DNA of 64,000 nt, taken from the human T2T-CHM13v2.0 reference genome, Homo sapiens. The notes below the pieces were generated by a model that made no database searches, was not told the DNA's origin, and worked only from the letters and a program-made list of their open reading frames with translations. Shown here piece after piece: positions 1 to 32,916 of the stretch. The position numbers were made by a program, and so were the translations under genes. Location: NCBI RefSeq assembly GCF_009914755.1, contig NC_060946.1; one strand, given 5' to 3'. How positions within the stretch are numbered: position 1 is the stretch's first letter; each line of letters starts with the position of its first letter.

Positions 1-2
1 TT

Positions 3-185
<183 letters not shown>

Positions 186-735
186 TAGAAAGATAATTAG
201 TATATTCCCTTACTTTTGTATGCTATTTCATGACTTTTTCTCATGCACACATGGCTACAATGAGATGCTTTTTCCCTAATAGCAGAACTATGAAGCTTAA
301 GGATTACTATTGTCATTTTTACAGATGGGGAAACTAAAGCCACGAGGGTTAAATAATTTTTCTCTAAGGTCCAAAACTATAAAGTACCTAAGCCTAGACA
401 GTAAATTCCAGGGTGTTTTTACCCCAGTCTATTACGCACATTCTCTGTTTATATCATATAAGCAGATAGGGTAAACATGCTCACAAAATTATTTAAGTCT
501 GAATTCACTAGAATCTTAGAATCTGACCAATGTGCCATGTGTTGTAGCTGCTGGCTTTTAATAGCCTGTAGACTTAAGATATCAGGAAAGACACTGTCAG
601 TGTGAATGTTGATTATGTCTTTCAGGATTAACTTTGGAAACTAAGCTCTTTACACCTGATGGAGTGGGGATTTTCTTGTGTTTTAGAGCAACTAATAGGG
701 CCATTATAGTCAAGCTAATGCCCACTAGCCTGTGA

Positions 736-1409
<674 letters not shown>

Positions 1410-1556
1410 TTTGCTATGATTTTTTTAAAGGAGCTATTTGCAAGGATATAGCCAAGATCTCTTGGAAAGTTAGGTGTATGGGAATGTCAGACTGCAGTGT
1501 GAGAAGAAGAGGTCTACAGTCATCCAAGCATAGACTGAGACACAGCATATACTTGA

Positions 1557-1682
<126 letters not shown>

Positions 1683-2494
1683 TGAGGGGCCCTCTGAGGT
1701 ATGAAGTAATAGCATGGAAGGTAGGGGTGGAAGGGATTCAGACAATGGGTGAAGTTCTAGAGGCAACACTTGATTTCTGATACTCTGCTGTATGGCAAAG
1801 AGGACTTTGGCTGGGGTAGGGGTTGGGGGTGTGTGGAGGAGGCTTGAGGACAGGCAGCTAGGGGTAGGACCTTTCTAAAGATTCCTTCCTCATGGAGTTT
1901 TTGCTACTGTGCCATGAGGTTGTGTCTTATTCACCTTCGTTCCCCACCACCCCCCAACTAGCCTAGCACTACAGGTATTCACTGAATGGTTGCTAAATTA
2001 ATTCAGTTTACATTAACAAATGTTTGTTGTATCTACTGTGTGCCATGCCTGATGCTAGACAGTGGGGCTAGAAAGAAAAGTCAGAATGGCTCCTGCCCTC
2101 AAGGAGCTCACAGTCTCTTGGGGAAGAGATGCTTTTTGGTATATATGTGGGATTTGTTGGGTTTTCAAGAATCCGGGGAAGGTATTCCAGATAGAGAGAG
2201 CAGCATATTTAAAGGCAAATGAATGGGAAATAGCAAATAGCATGGCATATTCAGGGAAATACACACAATGGGGTAGAAGTACACATAGTTGGGGGAGGGG
2301 GTAGGGAGCAAGAATCTGGAGAGATAGCCAGGGATCAAGTCCTCTCCTCATTGTGGTCTATTGAATTTTCTCCCAGTCTGATAATAGAGATACTTTCCCT
2401 GGACCCTGAGCACAGGCACTCCCCGCCACCCCCCAGGAAGCTGTTTGTAACCTTTAGGTTGCATAGGTGGTAGTGGATATACTCAACACATTGA

Positions 2495-2671
<177 letters not shown>

Positions 2672-3935
2672 TGAAGCTTGGGGAAGAGAAGAATGTGCAG
2701 GCGAGCCAGGCTCAGAGGCATAAGGCAGTGACTGCTCAAAGGAACTCTCTGGGGGCCTCAGCAGTGCAATTCTTGCTGCTACCTTTCCTTTGTTCTAAAA
2801 ATAAAATGTAGTGTTTGATTATGAAACTAACAGGTTCATCTTAAGAAAAAATAGAAAGCAGTAATAATAAAATAATAAGTGGGTAAGTTTATGGAGTGGA
2901 AAGTGCCTAATATTCACTACCTGATTTAGTTCTCCCAATGACCCTGGGAGATGGATGCTATAATTTGCCCTAATTTACAGATAAGTTTGTCATATTTCTA
3001 TAGTTATAAAGCAAGCCCATAACGTGCTGAGATTGAACCTATGACTTCAGGTCCCCTAGCTTTTCTTGTGTCTTTAATAATGAGCAGCAGTGAATGTCTG
3101 TGATCCAGGTGTTAACAAGGAACATGTATGTGTGTTCTGTAAAATGAGAGATGGCCACTCTGAAGAGAGACTTGATCCTTGATCCTGAAGAGCTTCATTT
3201 TGAGCTGACTTGAGGTTGAGATGGTGGGAAGAGCAGGGCCAAGAGCTGCTGACTCTGGGTAACCTTGGATGAGTAACCTCCTGCTTGAGGTTTGGGCATC
3301 CTATGAGCCTGTGAGGAGTCCCTGTTAGTCGGGAAAGGGCAACTCCTAACCATTTACTGGGAACAGTAGGTGGCAGCAGGGAGGCACCTCTGGCTCTGCA
3401 CCAGCGAGGCTCTCTTCCTTGAAGAAGCCATTGAGCTGGAGTCTGCAGGAGGTAGTGGTCAGGAACCCTGGACTGTGGCCCTGACTTAACCCACTAACAG
3501 TAAGACTTGGGCAACTCATCGCAGTTTACTCACCTGCCCTGCCTTCCTCCTAGATTTTTGAAGTGTTAGAGCTAAATCTAGAAGTAGATCATAGAATTAT
3601 TGTATTAGTCCTTCTTTCTACTTTTCTGTATTTTACACATTTTCTTTAATGAGCATATATTACTTTTATAATAATAATAATAATAATAATAAAACAACCA
3701 AACTTGCTCTAAAAATGAAAGGAAAGGTGTCAACAAGAACAGTGCCTCTGAGGACCCAGCTGTTTACAGAAAGGGAACTGAGACTCAGGGAAGGGAGAAG
3801 GTGACTACCCAAGGGCACACTGTGGTGGCTATGTACAGAGCCTGAACTAGAACCCTGTTTCTTTTTTTTTTTTTTTAATTCAGAGCTGTGTTTACCACAT
3901 AAGACTGCCTCATGACTCTTGAAGAATTACCTGAA

Positions 3936-4342
<407 letters not shown>

Positions 4343-4670
4343 CCCCACCCCCACCCCCCAAAAAAAAACAAATATGAAGGCAGTTTATAAACTATATTAT
4401 TATTATTACTATCGTAATAGAAACATGAGAGTCACTCTGCATTATGGTTTAGAAAGCAGTTTTTACACACCAGACCACATTTGTTTCTGGAAGGGATATC
4501 TTGTTATTCCCACTTTAGTCTTGGGAACAGAAGCCCAAAGAGATAAAGTATCTAGTACAATCTATCAGGTGATCCAAGCCTTAGATGTAGGTTTGGACTT
4601 TAAGTTCCCTAGCTTTTGTTGTGTCTTTCAAGTGAAAGGAGTTGCTAGATTTGATGTGAGTTTTCTCTGA

Positions 4671-4985
<315 letters not shown>

Positions 4986-5021
4986 TGAAAGAAAGTGTCA
5001 GGCAGCAATCAAAAGTCATTA

Positions 5022-6198
<1,177 letters not shown>

Positions 6199-6234
6199 TG
6201 GAATTTGGATTTTATCCTAGGAGTTTTGTTGAGT

Positions 6235-7300
6235 TTTAAAGAAGTGGAGTAACATGTTCAGATTTCTGTTTCAGAAAGATCTTTCTTGGAGCAGTGTGGA
6301 CTATGAGTTAGAGGGAGGCAGATTGGAGGCATGTATCTCAGCCTCTTGCATTAACTCAGGTTGGTGGTAGGAACTAAGGTAGTGTTGGGGCATGGAATAG
6401 CTGGATGTAGGGCTTGAAAGAGAGGGAACAGTTCAAGGTAATGCCTGGCTTCTGGCTGGCTTCTATGTGGATGGTGGTGTGTTTAACTGAGAGAAGGCTC
6501 ACTGGGGGAGGATCTGGTTTGGGGGGGTCAGTAGAGGGTATGGTCAGTTTGGGTCAGGGTGAAAGTGAGATGTTCCAGTGAAGATGTTAGGTGGGTAATT
6601 GACTGTGTCTGAAGACAAGGGAGAGATCTGGGATTTAGATATAGGTATAGAAATCTTCAGCATCCAGCCTTTCATTCATTCAACAAATATTGGGCACCTA
6701 CTGCATGCAAGATATAGGCTAGGGCTGGAGATCTAGCAGTGAACAAAACAGACCCCTGTCCTTGTGAGGCTGACTCCTCAGTGGGGATCAGGTGAGATTC
6801 TTCAAAGTTGAGGGTGTAAAATGAAATGATGAAAGAAGCCAAGACAAAATTGAGCATTTAATGGTCAGGAGGAGGAGAGGTACGAGCATTTGGAGAGGTA
6901 GGAAGGAAACCAGAAGGGTACGATATTAAGGAAGCCAAATGAAGAGAGTTTTGTGGATTGGGGAGTAGTCAGGAGTGTGAAAGGCATCCCAGAAGTCAAG
7001 TAAGATGAAGATTGAAAAATGTCCATTGGACTTGGCTTCATGGCAGCTTTTGGCCACATTGGCCGGAGCAGCTTCTGTGGGAGTGGTTGGAATGGAAGCC
7101 AGACCAGAGTGAGTTAAGGAATGAGTGCAAGATGAGGCAGTAGAGACAGGATACACAACTATTTTAACAAGTTTGGTGTGTGGGGAAGGTGAGAAATGGG
7201 GGTGTGAGTAGAGGGGAACATGGAATCAGGAAGGATTTTTTCTACCCCCTAAGATTGGAAACACTTACCTGATTAGCTGCTGATAGGAAGGAGCAGTAGA
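6235..7300. mobile_element. L2 remnants
   Basis: Purine-rich L2-like text, plus CATTCATTCAACAAATATT L2 3' end motif at 6673. Confidence 0.6.
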
Positions 7301-8121
7301 GAGACTGGTTGTTAGCCCATGTGAGTTGGAATTCTTCTCACCTCTCTTACTTGTTTATTGAGATTGTACAAATTAATTTTCTTATCTCCAGTGTCCTTAG
7401 CTAGAACATGGTGATAATAGTGAGAATTAAACAAGATGATGCATATAGATTTCCTGAAGACTGCATCCCTCAGCCATTGTGATAACTGATACACACTTCT
7501 TTCCTTCCTTCTAACATTCTTCCTGCCTGCCATACTTCCGGACCCAAGAGGATCTAGTCTTGGGGCGCTGGATGGGAGGCAAGTGTAGATCTCTTGGGGG
7601 CAGTGGTGGGGAATAGGGGATGTAGAAAAAGGCTGTGAGATCTGTAGGGAGATCTGTGTAGCATGAAGCCAGGTAGCACAGGATCAGAGGCTCAACCTGC
7701 AAGAGGGAGGAGGGAAGCAGGCACTGCCAGCCAGGAATGGTATGGAGACTTGGAGTAGGAGGGTGGAGAAACTCTGGATCCCTGAGAGATTGGGCCAAGA
7801 GGAGCCCATCTGGAAGGGAAGCTTGGTGCCCCTTCCTGGGAAAGTCATGGGTTAAATTGTTGCCCCAGAGAGTTGCTGTGAAACCCTGAGGGATTCCCTG
7901 TCAGCTGCTTTAGCCCCAGGATAAAATACAGATTATTCCCAACCCAGGGGCTGGTGAAGTGGGAGCTTCTGATGTCGTCTTTATCTAGGATTCTGCTTTT
8001 ACAGTGGCCCAGGGAAGGCAGAACAGAGGTTAGTATTGACTGAAAGCCTTACTGGGGAGACTGGGAGGAGCCAGCAGCACAAAGGCCTGGGCCAGGGTCA
8101 ACAGCTAAGGCAGAAACTGCT

Positions 8122-8744
<623 letters not shown>

Positions 8745-9215
8745 TCAATTGCTTTCAACAGACAATTCAGAGATGAGAATAAAATAGTAACTACTGTTCT
8801 TTCTGCATCTGAAACTGGATTGTTTTCTATAAAACTGAAAGAAGGGATAGAAGGAGCAGATGTGCCCTTCCTAGGTCCTTGTCAAATGTACCAAATTGTA
8901 GTGGAGGATCATTCAGAATGGAAGAAAATGAACACTTATTGCAGCACTTACTTTGAGCCAAGTATTTGTTAGATGTTCTCCATACATTTATCTTACTTAG
9001 CTTTACAACACCCTGTGAGGTACAAATATCAAAACTGAGTCTCAGAGAAGTTAAAAAACTTTTCCGGAGTGAAACTACTAGACAGTGATGGAGTACATTT
9101 TGAACCAAGTCTGTGTAACTCTGAAACCAGAGCTTTTTGATACCACCCAGGCTTGGGACTCTCTGTGACAAGTCTGGTTTAAACTGCTCTCTGCTTTATT
9201 CCCACTTCTCTGAAG

Positions 9216-9276
9216 CTTCCTCATCCTTCATACGACTGACCCTGGAGCTGAAGGCCAGGTTTTGCAGTGGTCTGAG
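9216..9276 (+). CDS. MEI1: MEI1 exon (~16): ASSSFIRLTLELKARFCSGL(S)
   Basis: ctctgaag acceptor; AG|gtatgt donor; 61 nt, phase 1 to 2. Confidence 0.92.
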
Positions 9277-9523
9277 GTATGTGTGGTCCCAGGCAAGATT
9301 GAGTGGCCAAGGGGCCAATGTCCCTCTTGATGGGACAAGTGGGAATTGTTGGCTGGTGTGTTTTAGTCATGGGCTCATGGTGGTGTTGACATAGTGTCAG
9401 CATTGCTCAGCATCTGGTGCAATAAGCTGGTCATGCTTCTGTAGGTTGTATTGAATCTAACGTGGTAAGGATCTTATTCCTGGTGATACTTGGATGGGTA
9501 CCTGTCACATCAAAACTGGGAGA

Positions 9524-11355
<1,832 letters not shown>

Positions 11356-12759
11356 AGAGGTGTTTCTTGAGCACCTGTTGTGTGTCAGACTCCATTCCAG
11401 GTGCTGGTGAAAGAGCCAGGGATACAAAGCCCTGCTGTCATAAATTGAAACAGGCAGGCAATAAGCAAATGCATACTATGTCAGAGATCCATAGGCACTA
11501 TGAAGAAAATAAAACTGGGCAAAAGGATAGAGAGTGATAGAAGGAGGAGAGAGACATGTTAGATAGGGTGGTCAGGGAAGGCCTCCATGTGGAAGTGGTA
11601 TGTGAGCAGAGGTCTGAGTCAAGTAAAGGAAAGCCATGCAGAATCTAGGCAGGAGGAACAGCAGCTGCAGGGCTGAGAGCTGGAAGTTTTTCCTCTTGTT
11701 GAACATTCATTGAGCTTCTGCTACCTGCCAGGGGAGGCCTAGGTACTGCTGTGGATAGAGCGATTATAACAGTATGTTATTTGCCCTGAGGGGTTCCTCT
11801 ATCTTAGACCTGTCTCCTGATATAATAGAAAACAGTTTAATAATTGTTTCATCATTCATTCAACAAATATACCTCTGTGGGTAAGACCTAGTTCTGGCTC
11901 TTTTCCCCCTTATTATATTTGTGAAGATTCTGTGTCCTCTCCCCCACTCTCTACACCTGCTGCTCTCTTTTATCTTTCCCAGACATCATGCTGAGAGGGA
12001 GCAAAGCCCAGGTGAGCATTTTTATTGCTTCCAACATAGCTTGGCTACTGGTTCTCTCACTATGCTGGCTACTCCTTTCTGCAATCTCCCTGTTAAGGCA
12101 TGATCTGGCCTGCAGAGAGAATAGCATGATTTCTGCCATGTAGCCTAAGACTATTGGCAGTCACATCACCATCACCTCTCATGCTCATAAGTGCCTGCTC
12201 CACTGCTTCTGGCAGTTCCCTTGCTTGTCAAACCAAGGGGAGCCCCACACATCTCCTGCCTTAAACACTGGGGCTTCTTAAATCTCATTGTGCCAGGAAA
12301 TGCAGCACATCTCTCATAACATTCAGACTGCTTTCTTTTATATATCAGGAGAAAGGCAGGTGGATGTGTGTGGCTGAAGGATATTTGTTTCATTATTATT
12401 ATATTGATGAGAGCATGCTTTGGTGGACAAGCACTGAACTTGGAATTAGGAGAGCTGACCTGGCTCTGCTACCAAATTGCTGTGGGACATGCGCTATCCT
12501 CACCCTCTGCTTGCCCAGGACTTGGCCCTGGCAGGATGGATTCTTTCGGTTGACCTTCAACTGAGGTCCTGTCTTTCAATCTCTCATCCACTCACTGCTG
12601 GAAGGATTATCTGAAAACAAAGTCTTAACATCTTAACTCCCCTGGCTTTCAGCTGTGGTCTCCACACATCAGTCTGTGGAGTAGTGTCAAATAGTGATGA
12701 AGTTTTCTCTGGTCCATGGTGAAATGTGGAACATAAGGATAAAGTTGACTTTATTTAGG

Positions 12760-14762
<2,003 letters not shown>

Positions 14763-14934
14763 TTAATTTTTGAGACATATCCATGTCCTTCTGCTTGTGA
14801 AGTTTAGTCTTTCCCGGTAGGTTGAACCTTGCTCAAAGGAAGAGGAGCCTCTGATTTCCTTATTTCCCACTATACTGCATTTACCCTTGCTGCCCTGTGC
14901 AGTACTCTGCATGTAGTAGGTACTAATGTGCTGA

Positions 14935-15222
<288 letters not shown>

Positions 15223-15484
15223 TAAATAAGGGCATCTCTCCAAGCCTGATGCTGGGCACTGGGGACACGGGGATAAGTAAGAAATGGGTTGTGTCCCTGA
15301 GAGGCTCATATCTTAGAAGTGGGTTAGAACAGGTGGGTAGACACTGTGCTGAGAGACAGAGGCCTAGAAAGCCAGTGAGTATTCCTTGCTATCCTTGAGG
15401 GTGTTGTTTGTCCACAGAAAAAAACTTCAGTAGGTTACTTTGGTTTTAATCATTACTGTTCAATTTATTACATTTTTAAAATCA

Positions 15485-18233
<2,749 letters not shown>

Positions 18234-18259
18234 GACTCAGTCTTAAAAGAAAAAAAAAA

Positions 18260-18762
18260 TTATTAAGGTAAAATTTACACAACATAAGCTTGACCATTTT
18301 AAAGTGAACAATTCAGTGGTATTTAATAGTACCTTTAAAATGCACAACCACCACCTTCATCTAGTTCTAGAACATTTCCATCACTGCAAAGCTGTCACTT
18401 CCGTTCCTCCTCCCCAGCTCCTGGCAATCAACAATCTGTTCTGTCTCTTTGGAGTTACCTATTCTGAATATTTCACATAGATGGAATCATACAGTGTGTG
18501 ACTTTTTGTGTCTGGCTTCTTCCACTTAGCATATCATTTTAGAAGTCCATCCAGTGAGCATAATGTTTGTACCGTGTATCAGTACTTCATTCCTTTTATG
18601 GCTGATTAATATACCTTTGTATGTATACACCATAATTTGCTTTTATTCACCTATTGGTGGACATTTGGGCCTATCCACCTTTTGGCTATTGTGAATAGTG
18701 CTGTTGTAAACATGTGTGTACATGTATTTGTTTGAGTAGTGTTTTTAATTCTTTTTGGGTAT
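18260..18762 (-). mobile_element. L1M 3' end remnant
   Basis: Typical L1 3' motifs (TTGTGAATAGTGCTG, GGACATTTGGG, GTGTCTGGCTTCTT). Confidence 0.78.
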
Positions 18763-18849
18763 ATTCTCAATCCTCTCACCTTGGCCTCCTCAAATGCTAC
18801 CATTACAGGCGTGAGCCACCGCACCTGGCCTCCTGTTTGCTGTCTTTTC

Positions 18850-19017
18850 GCTTTCTTTTCTTTCTTTCTTCCTTTCCTTTCCATTCCTGTCCTGTCCTAT
18901 CCTGTCCTTTCCTCTTTTCCCTCCCCTCCCTTCACCTCCCTTCCTCTTACTTCCCCTCCCCTACTCTACCCTCCCTTTTTCCTTACCTTCCCCTTCCCCC
19001 TTCCTCTCCTTTCCTTT

Positions 19018-19018
<1 letters not shown>
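18850..19018. repeat. Pyrimidine-rich low-complexity tract (Alu tail-derived)
   Basis: CT-rich tract adjoining a minus-strand Alu. Confidence 0.85.
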
Positions 19019-26095
<7,077 letters not shown>

Positions 26096-26113
26096 AATTT
26101 TTTTTTTTTTTGA

Positions 26114-26272
<159 letters not shown>

Positions 26273-26649
26273 TAGTAGAGACGGAGTTTCTCCATGTTGG
26301 CCAGGCTGGTCTCAAACTCCCGACCTCAGGTGATCCGCCCACCTCAGCCTCCCAAAGTGCTGGGATTACAGGCATGAGCCCCCACGCCCAGCCTCATACT
26401 AAGAAATTTGAACATTGTTATGGGAATGCAATGGGAAGAGGTAGGTTTGTGAGGAGTAAGAAATTATTCAACAAGGCCGGGCACGGTGGCTCACACCTGT
26501 AATCCCAGCACTTTAGGAGGCCAAGGCGGGCAGATCACCTGAGGTCAGGGGTTTGAAACCAGCCTGACCAACATGGAGGAACTCCGTCTCTACTAAAAAT
26601 ACAAAATTAGCCGGGCATGGTGGCACATGCCTGTAATCCCAGCTACTCA

Positions 26650-26754
<105 letters not shown>

Positions 26755-26932
26755 TCAGAAAAAAAAAAAGAAATTATTCAACATATCTCCCCTTCACCCC
26801 TTCTGTGCCAGGCCCTATGCTAAGTGCACAGATTAATCTGCCACAGTCCCTACCCTCAAGCAGCTTTCAGTCTAGTGTGGGAAGTAGACATGCACACTGA
26901 CAATTACAACCCACTGTGGTACCATCATCAAG

Positions 26933-27134
26933 CTGGGTTTCTTGACCTCGGCACTATTAATATTTTGCACCAGATCATTCTTGTGTGATAAGCTTTGTAG
27001 GATATTTAGCAGCATCCCCACTCTCTCCCTACTAGATCCCAATAGCATTCCCCCAATCAAGATAGTAAAAAATGTCTCCAGACTTTACCAAATGTCCCAT
27101 GGGAACAAAATCACCCCTAGTTGATAACTTCTGT
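26933..27134 (-). mobile_element. MER20 hAT-Charlie DNA transposon
   Basis: Matches recalled MER20 (…AAAAATGTCTCCAGAC…CCAAATGTCCC…) with degenerate TIRs. Confidence 0.8.
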
Positions 27135-27214
27135 TATAAGGTAAGTACAGTGGTATTTTCTCACTAAAGTGCCTTGGGATGAGCTAGCCAAGGTGTCCTG
27201 GAATACTGAGATGA

Positions 27215-27712
<498 letters not shown>

Positions 27713-27949
27713 TGAGTTGGAGGGGTGGTGGTCTCTTCTACTTGTAGGTGCCTAGTTTCTGTAAATCCATAATCTTTCCTAAGTCTAATGGAAGTCTACC
27801 AACTGAGAGATGTGTGCCTCTCTTCCCCCCAGGGGATGACACTATGAAATGCAGATCTTAGTCACCATCCCCTCTCACCTCCCTGTCATCTCTCAAGCAG
27901 ATTCTGCTGACACAGGTTTAATGTTAAAGGAAGCCCATGGGGCATGTAG

Positions 27950-28322
<373 letters not shown>

Positions 28323-28588
28323 TAGATGGGCTAATTAGATTAGATAAGGTAAACTGCCTAGTGGCTGGCTTTAACTCCACTTTTTTTCCTTCCACTCAAG
28401 AAGGCAAATTGAACAACAAATTAGATACCAAGGAGAGTAGCAGGGGACAGAACTAAGATACTAGGTTTTCTTCACCAGATGAAATATTCGGGGTCAGTTC
28501 TTCACACATAGTAGGTACTTATAAATTATGACCCATTGAATTATGGGTCTAGACCAATCTAAGTCTGTCCAGGGATAGTAGTGACAAT

Positions 28589-28839
28589 ACAGTCATGCAT
28601 TGCTTAATGATGGGGATACATTTTTAGAAACACAGTGTTAGGTGATTTTGTCATACCAACATCATGGAGTATACTTACAGACATCTAGATGGTCTAGCCT
28701 ACTACACACCTAGGTATATGGGATGACCTGTTACTCCTAGGCTACAAACCTGTACAGCATGTTACTGTACTGAATATTGTAGACAAATGTAACACAGTGG
28801 CATTTGTATATCTAAACATAGAAAAGATACAGCATGACT
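28589..28839. mobile_element. Tigger3-type TcMar DNA transposon
   Basis: TA-CAGTCATG...CATGACTA-TA terminal inverted repeats with TA flanks. Confidence 0.8.
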
Positions 28840-30332
28840 ATATCTTATTTATTTTTATTTTTTTTCTTTTTTCTTGCTCTGTTGCCCAGGCTAGAGTGCA
28901 GTGGCAGGATCATGGCTCACTGCAGCGTCAATCTTCTGGGCTCAAGTGATCCTCCTGCCTTAGCCTCCCAAGTAACTAGAATTGGCTGGGCGTGGCAGCT
29001 CATGCCTATAATCCCAGTACTTTGGGAGGCCGAGCCAGGTGAATCACCTGAGGTCAGGAGTTCAAGACCAAGTAGCTGGAACTACAAGCATGTGCTACTG
29101 TGTCTGGCTAATTTTTATATTTTTTGTAGAGACAGTGTTTTATCATGTTGCCCAAGCTGGTCTCAAATTCCTGGGCTCCAGCGATCCTCCCACCATGGCC
29201 TCCCAAAGTGTTGGGATTATAGGCATAAACGACTGTACCTGCCATTTTTTCTTTTTAAATACATGAAACATAGGCTTAGAGAGATTTGCCCATGGTCACA
29301 AGAGTTGGAAATCAAAATATTAAAACCCAGATTTGACTCCCTATCTATCAGTTGTTCTGTCTGAGGCTCTCTTTTTACTCAGTCTATTTATTCTTCCTGG
29401 GTTATCTCATTCACACCCATGGCTTTGTTTGCCTCCTGGCTGTATGGTGATGACTCAAATCCCTGCACCACCCCTGACCTCTCTCCTGAGCTCATACCCA
29501 TGAAGTCAACCATCTATTTGACATTTCTGCCTAAAATGGAGCTCATTATCTCCTCTCCCAAATTCCCTTTCTCAGCCTGGGTCTTCCTAGAATGGAGAGG
29601 TCCCTCACTAACTGAAGGCTGTGCTAGGCCACTAACTTCACAGGATGTAAATATTAAAAGAAGCAAACCAAACAGAAATTGAATCTCAGGAGACCAAATA
29701 CTTAGAGTCTACATCCCAGGGAAGCTGGAGTGGATGCCCCACCATTTATCCTGGTGACCCAGTCCTTGTCCTTGAATGTGCACCATCCTTATCACCTCTC
29801 CTTTCTGGAGGTGGTGGAGGTCAGGGCAGAGAGGAGTCTTGTGTTTCACTTGGCATAGAGCTTAACAGAAAGGAGCTGCCTTCAAGATGAGTTGTTGCAT
29901 AGAGGACTAGGAAGATAGAGGCTAATCTGAACTTCAGTTTTCTCCCACAGAAAATGGAGAAAACATGAGGGTAGATGAGATAGTATGTAGGAACACTCTT
30001 GGTTTGCTTCACATAGTGGGCTGTCATTCACTAATCATTGACTGCCTCTGAACCAGATAAAGTTCATCTCAGAGAAGCTAATTGAATTGCCCAAGGTCAT
30101 ATAGTTAATAAGGGTCATGGCTATGACTAGAGCCCAAAGTGAGTAAGTTTTTCACTAACTTAGATCCTAGAGACATCAATGGTAAAAAAAAAAAAAAAAA
30201 AGAACAGCAAGGAGGCCGGGCGCGGTGGCTCACACCTGTAATCCCAGCGCTTTGGGAGGCTGAGGCGGGTGGGTCACAAGGTCAGGAGTTCGAGACCAGC
30301 CTGGTCAACATGGTGAAACCCTGTCTCTACTA

Positions 30333-30545
<213 letters not shown>

Positions 30546-32694
30546 TCATATATATAATTCTTACCATTTCTCCCCAGCTTCTAGCCAGAGGAAGGAAAAA
30601 GAGTCTAAAAATTTTGTGTTGATACCAATTTCTGTTTTTTGTATGGGTAATTAACAGCTGAAAACAAAGCTGTTAATTGCCACTCTTATCAATGGGTGGT
30701 CTTTCATGTAGGTTTTTTAGATGTGAAGGGACAATGACATCACAGAAACTCTGTTTGTTTCCTCTTTGGCCAAGTTACGCTGGTCTGTCAAGACCCAGAG
30801 AGTTCTGGACAGCAGAGACTACAGATTGGGTCATAGTTTTGCCCAGAGCCTTCCCACTGATCCATATGGTGGGGTCCTCACGTTCCTCTTCCTCCAGCAT
30901 TCACCATAGCCACACAAAGCTGAGTAGCCCCTTCCTTTTATACCTTTAACATTCATTAACTCAGACTTCTGAGGGACCACCTCTGTGGCAGTGGGGCAGT
31001 GATGTGTTGGTGAAGGCACAAGACCAGGAAACTGGTTTGACTCTGGGCTCTATGACCTTGGGCAAATCATGCCCCTCCCTTCCCGTCGGGCTTCAGCCTC
31101 ATACTCTGTAAAGTAAAGGTATTGGAAAAAATTATCTAGATTCTCTCTAGCCCTCCCATTCTGTGACCTTTTTCTTTTCAGAGATGTTTTCTGAGTCTCT
31201 ACAAGGTGACAAAGATGAAGTAGACCTCATCCCTTCCCTTCATTAACTCACAGTGCAGTTTAATTTACAACTTTATTACTTTCTTGATATGCAAACTGAT
31301 TAACCTGCCCCAGTTTTCTCATTTGAAAAATTGGGGTGACACCTATATGGAAGAGTTATTGTAGAGGTATAAATAATGTATAAACAAATATACAGCTACT
31401 GTATAAACACAACATAGTACCTGACATTATTAGGCCCTGAGTGGTTGTTATTGATATATAGTTGTTTTTCCAGCAACTGCGGAGGTTTCTGAGAGCCAAA
31501 CTTAGACATCCCTGTGACCCCATCCCTCTCCTTCTGCCCAGTGATCAGCACACCTGGGTTTGTCTGGCCAGATGCATTGTAGCCATATCTCTCTGTGTGT
31601 CAGTAGCTGTCCTCCCTGGAGAGGGAGTCTGTGTGACCTTGGATTCATAACCCTCAGTCCTAACTGGCCCAGCGCATTAGCCTGTCCAAAGGAATTGGCT
31701 TCTTTGAGCTAGCAGGTGCCAGGAGCTATCAGTAGGGTAGCCTCTGGTGCAGCTTTCTGACTGGCTTTGTCTTTAACATATACTCACTAAAATAACTCTG
31801 AAAGCAAAATAAAAAGCATCTTCCCATCTTCCGAGCCTAAGACCTTTATAGCTTGGGGCAGAGATAACCAGATGCCTTGGTAGAGAACGGGCCTGACCTG
31901 GTCCTCACTTGCCTTCCTGTGCACTGAATCTGTCCTAATTTATCCTCTGCCTGCCCAGTGACATCATTTCTCTTTCCTTCTTCTCTTCTTTAAGGCACAC
32001 TCAGGTTCCCTGTCTTGAAAACAACCTCTTGACCCTAATCCTACCATTTGCAGGAGGGAGGCATCCTGGAAAATAGAGCTTTGGGCTTGGAGTTAGGAGA
32101 CTTGCATTCAAATTCTGTCTGTGCCACTGGCTTATATGACCTTTAGCAAGTCATGTAATCTCTCTGAGCCTGTTTTCTCCTGTTTAGGATGGATTTAATA
32201 GGATGGACCTATTCTTTTTTTTTTTTTTTTTGTGACAGAGTTTTGCTCTGTCACCCAGTCTAGAGTGCAGTAGTGCGATCTCGGCTCACTGCAAGCCCCG
32301 CCTCCCGGGTTCATGCCATCCTCCTGTCTCAGCCTCCGGAGTAGCTGGGACTACAGGCACTTGCCACCACGCCCAGCTAATTTTTTTGTATTTTTAGTAA
32401 AGACGGGGTTTCACCGTGTTAGCCAGGATGGTCTCAATCTCCTGACCTCGTGATCCACCCGCCTTGGCCTCCCAAAGTGCTGGGATTACATGCGTGAGCC
32501 ACCATGCACGGCCTAGGATGGACCTATTCTAAGGGATGGTTTTGAGGCGTCAGTGCACCTAGAAGAGCCTTTGGTACATAATAGGTGCTGAGTAAGTGAC
32601 AGATTACCCAGTTTTTGTGACATCATAATTATGGGCCCTTTTCCTGCCCCTCTATTCCTCATTGTCACTTTTCCCCAACTGCAGTACCCTCTGA

Positions 32695-32916
<222 letters not shown>

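Noticed and set aside
1814-1840. G-runs downstream of exon ~13 (possible G-quadruplex)
   Set aside because: Only three long G-tracts; common near donors and not distinctive
29951-30142. Possible cryptic exon (ttttctcccacag ... AAA|GTGAGT or GA|GTAAGT)
   Set aside because: Partly MIR-like sequence; such site pairs are common in long introns and there is no independent evidence
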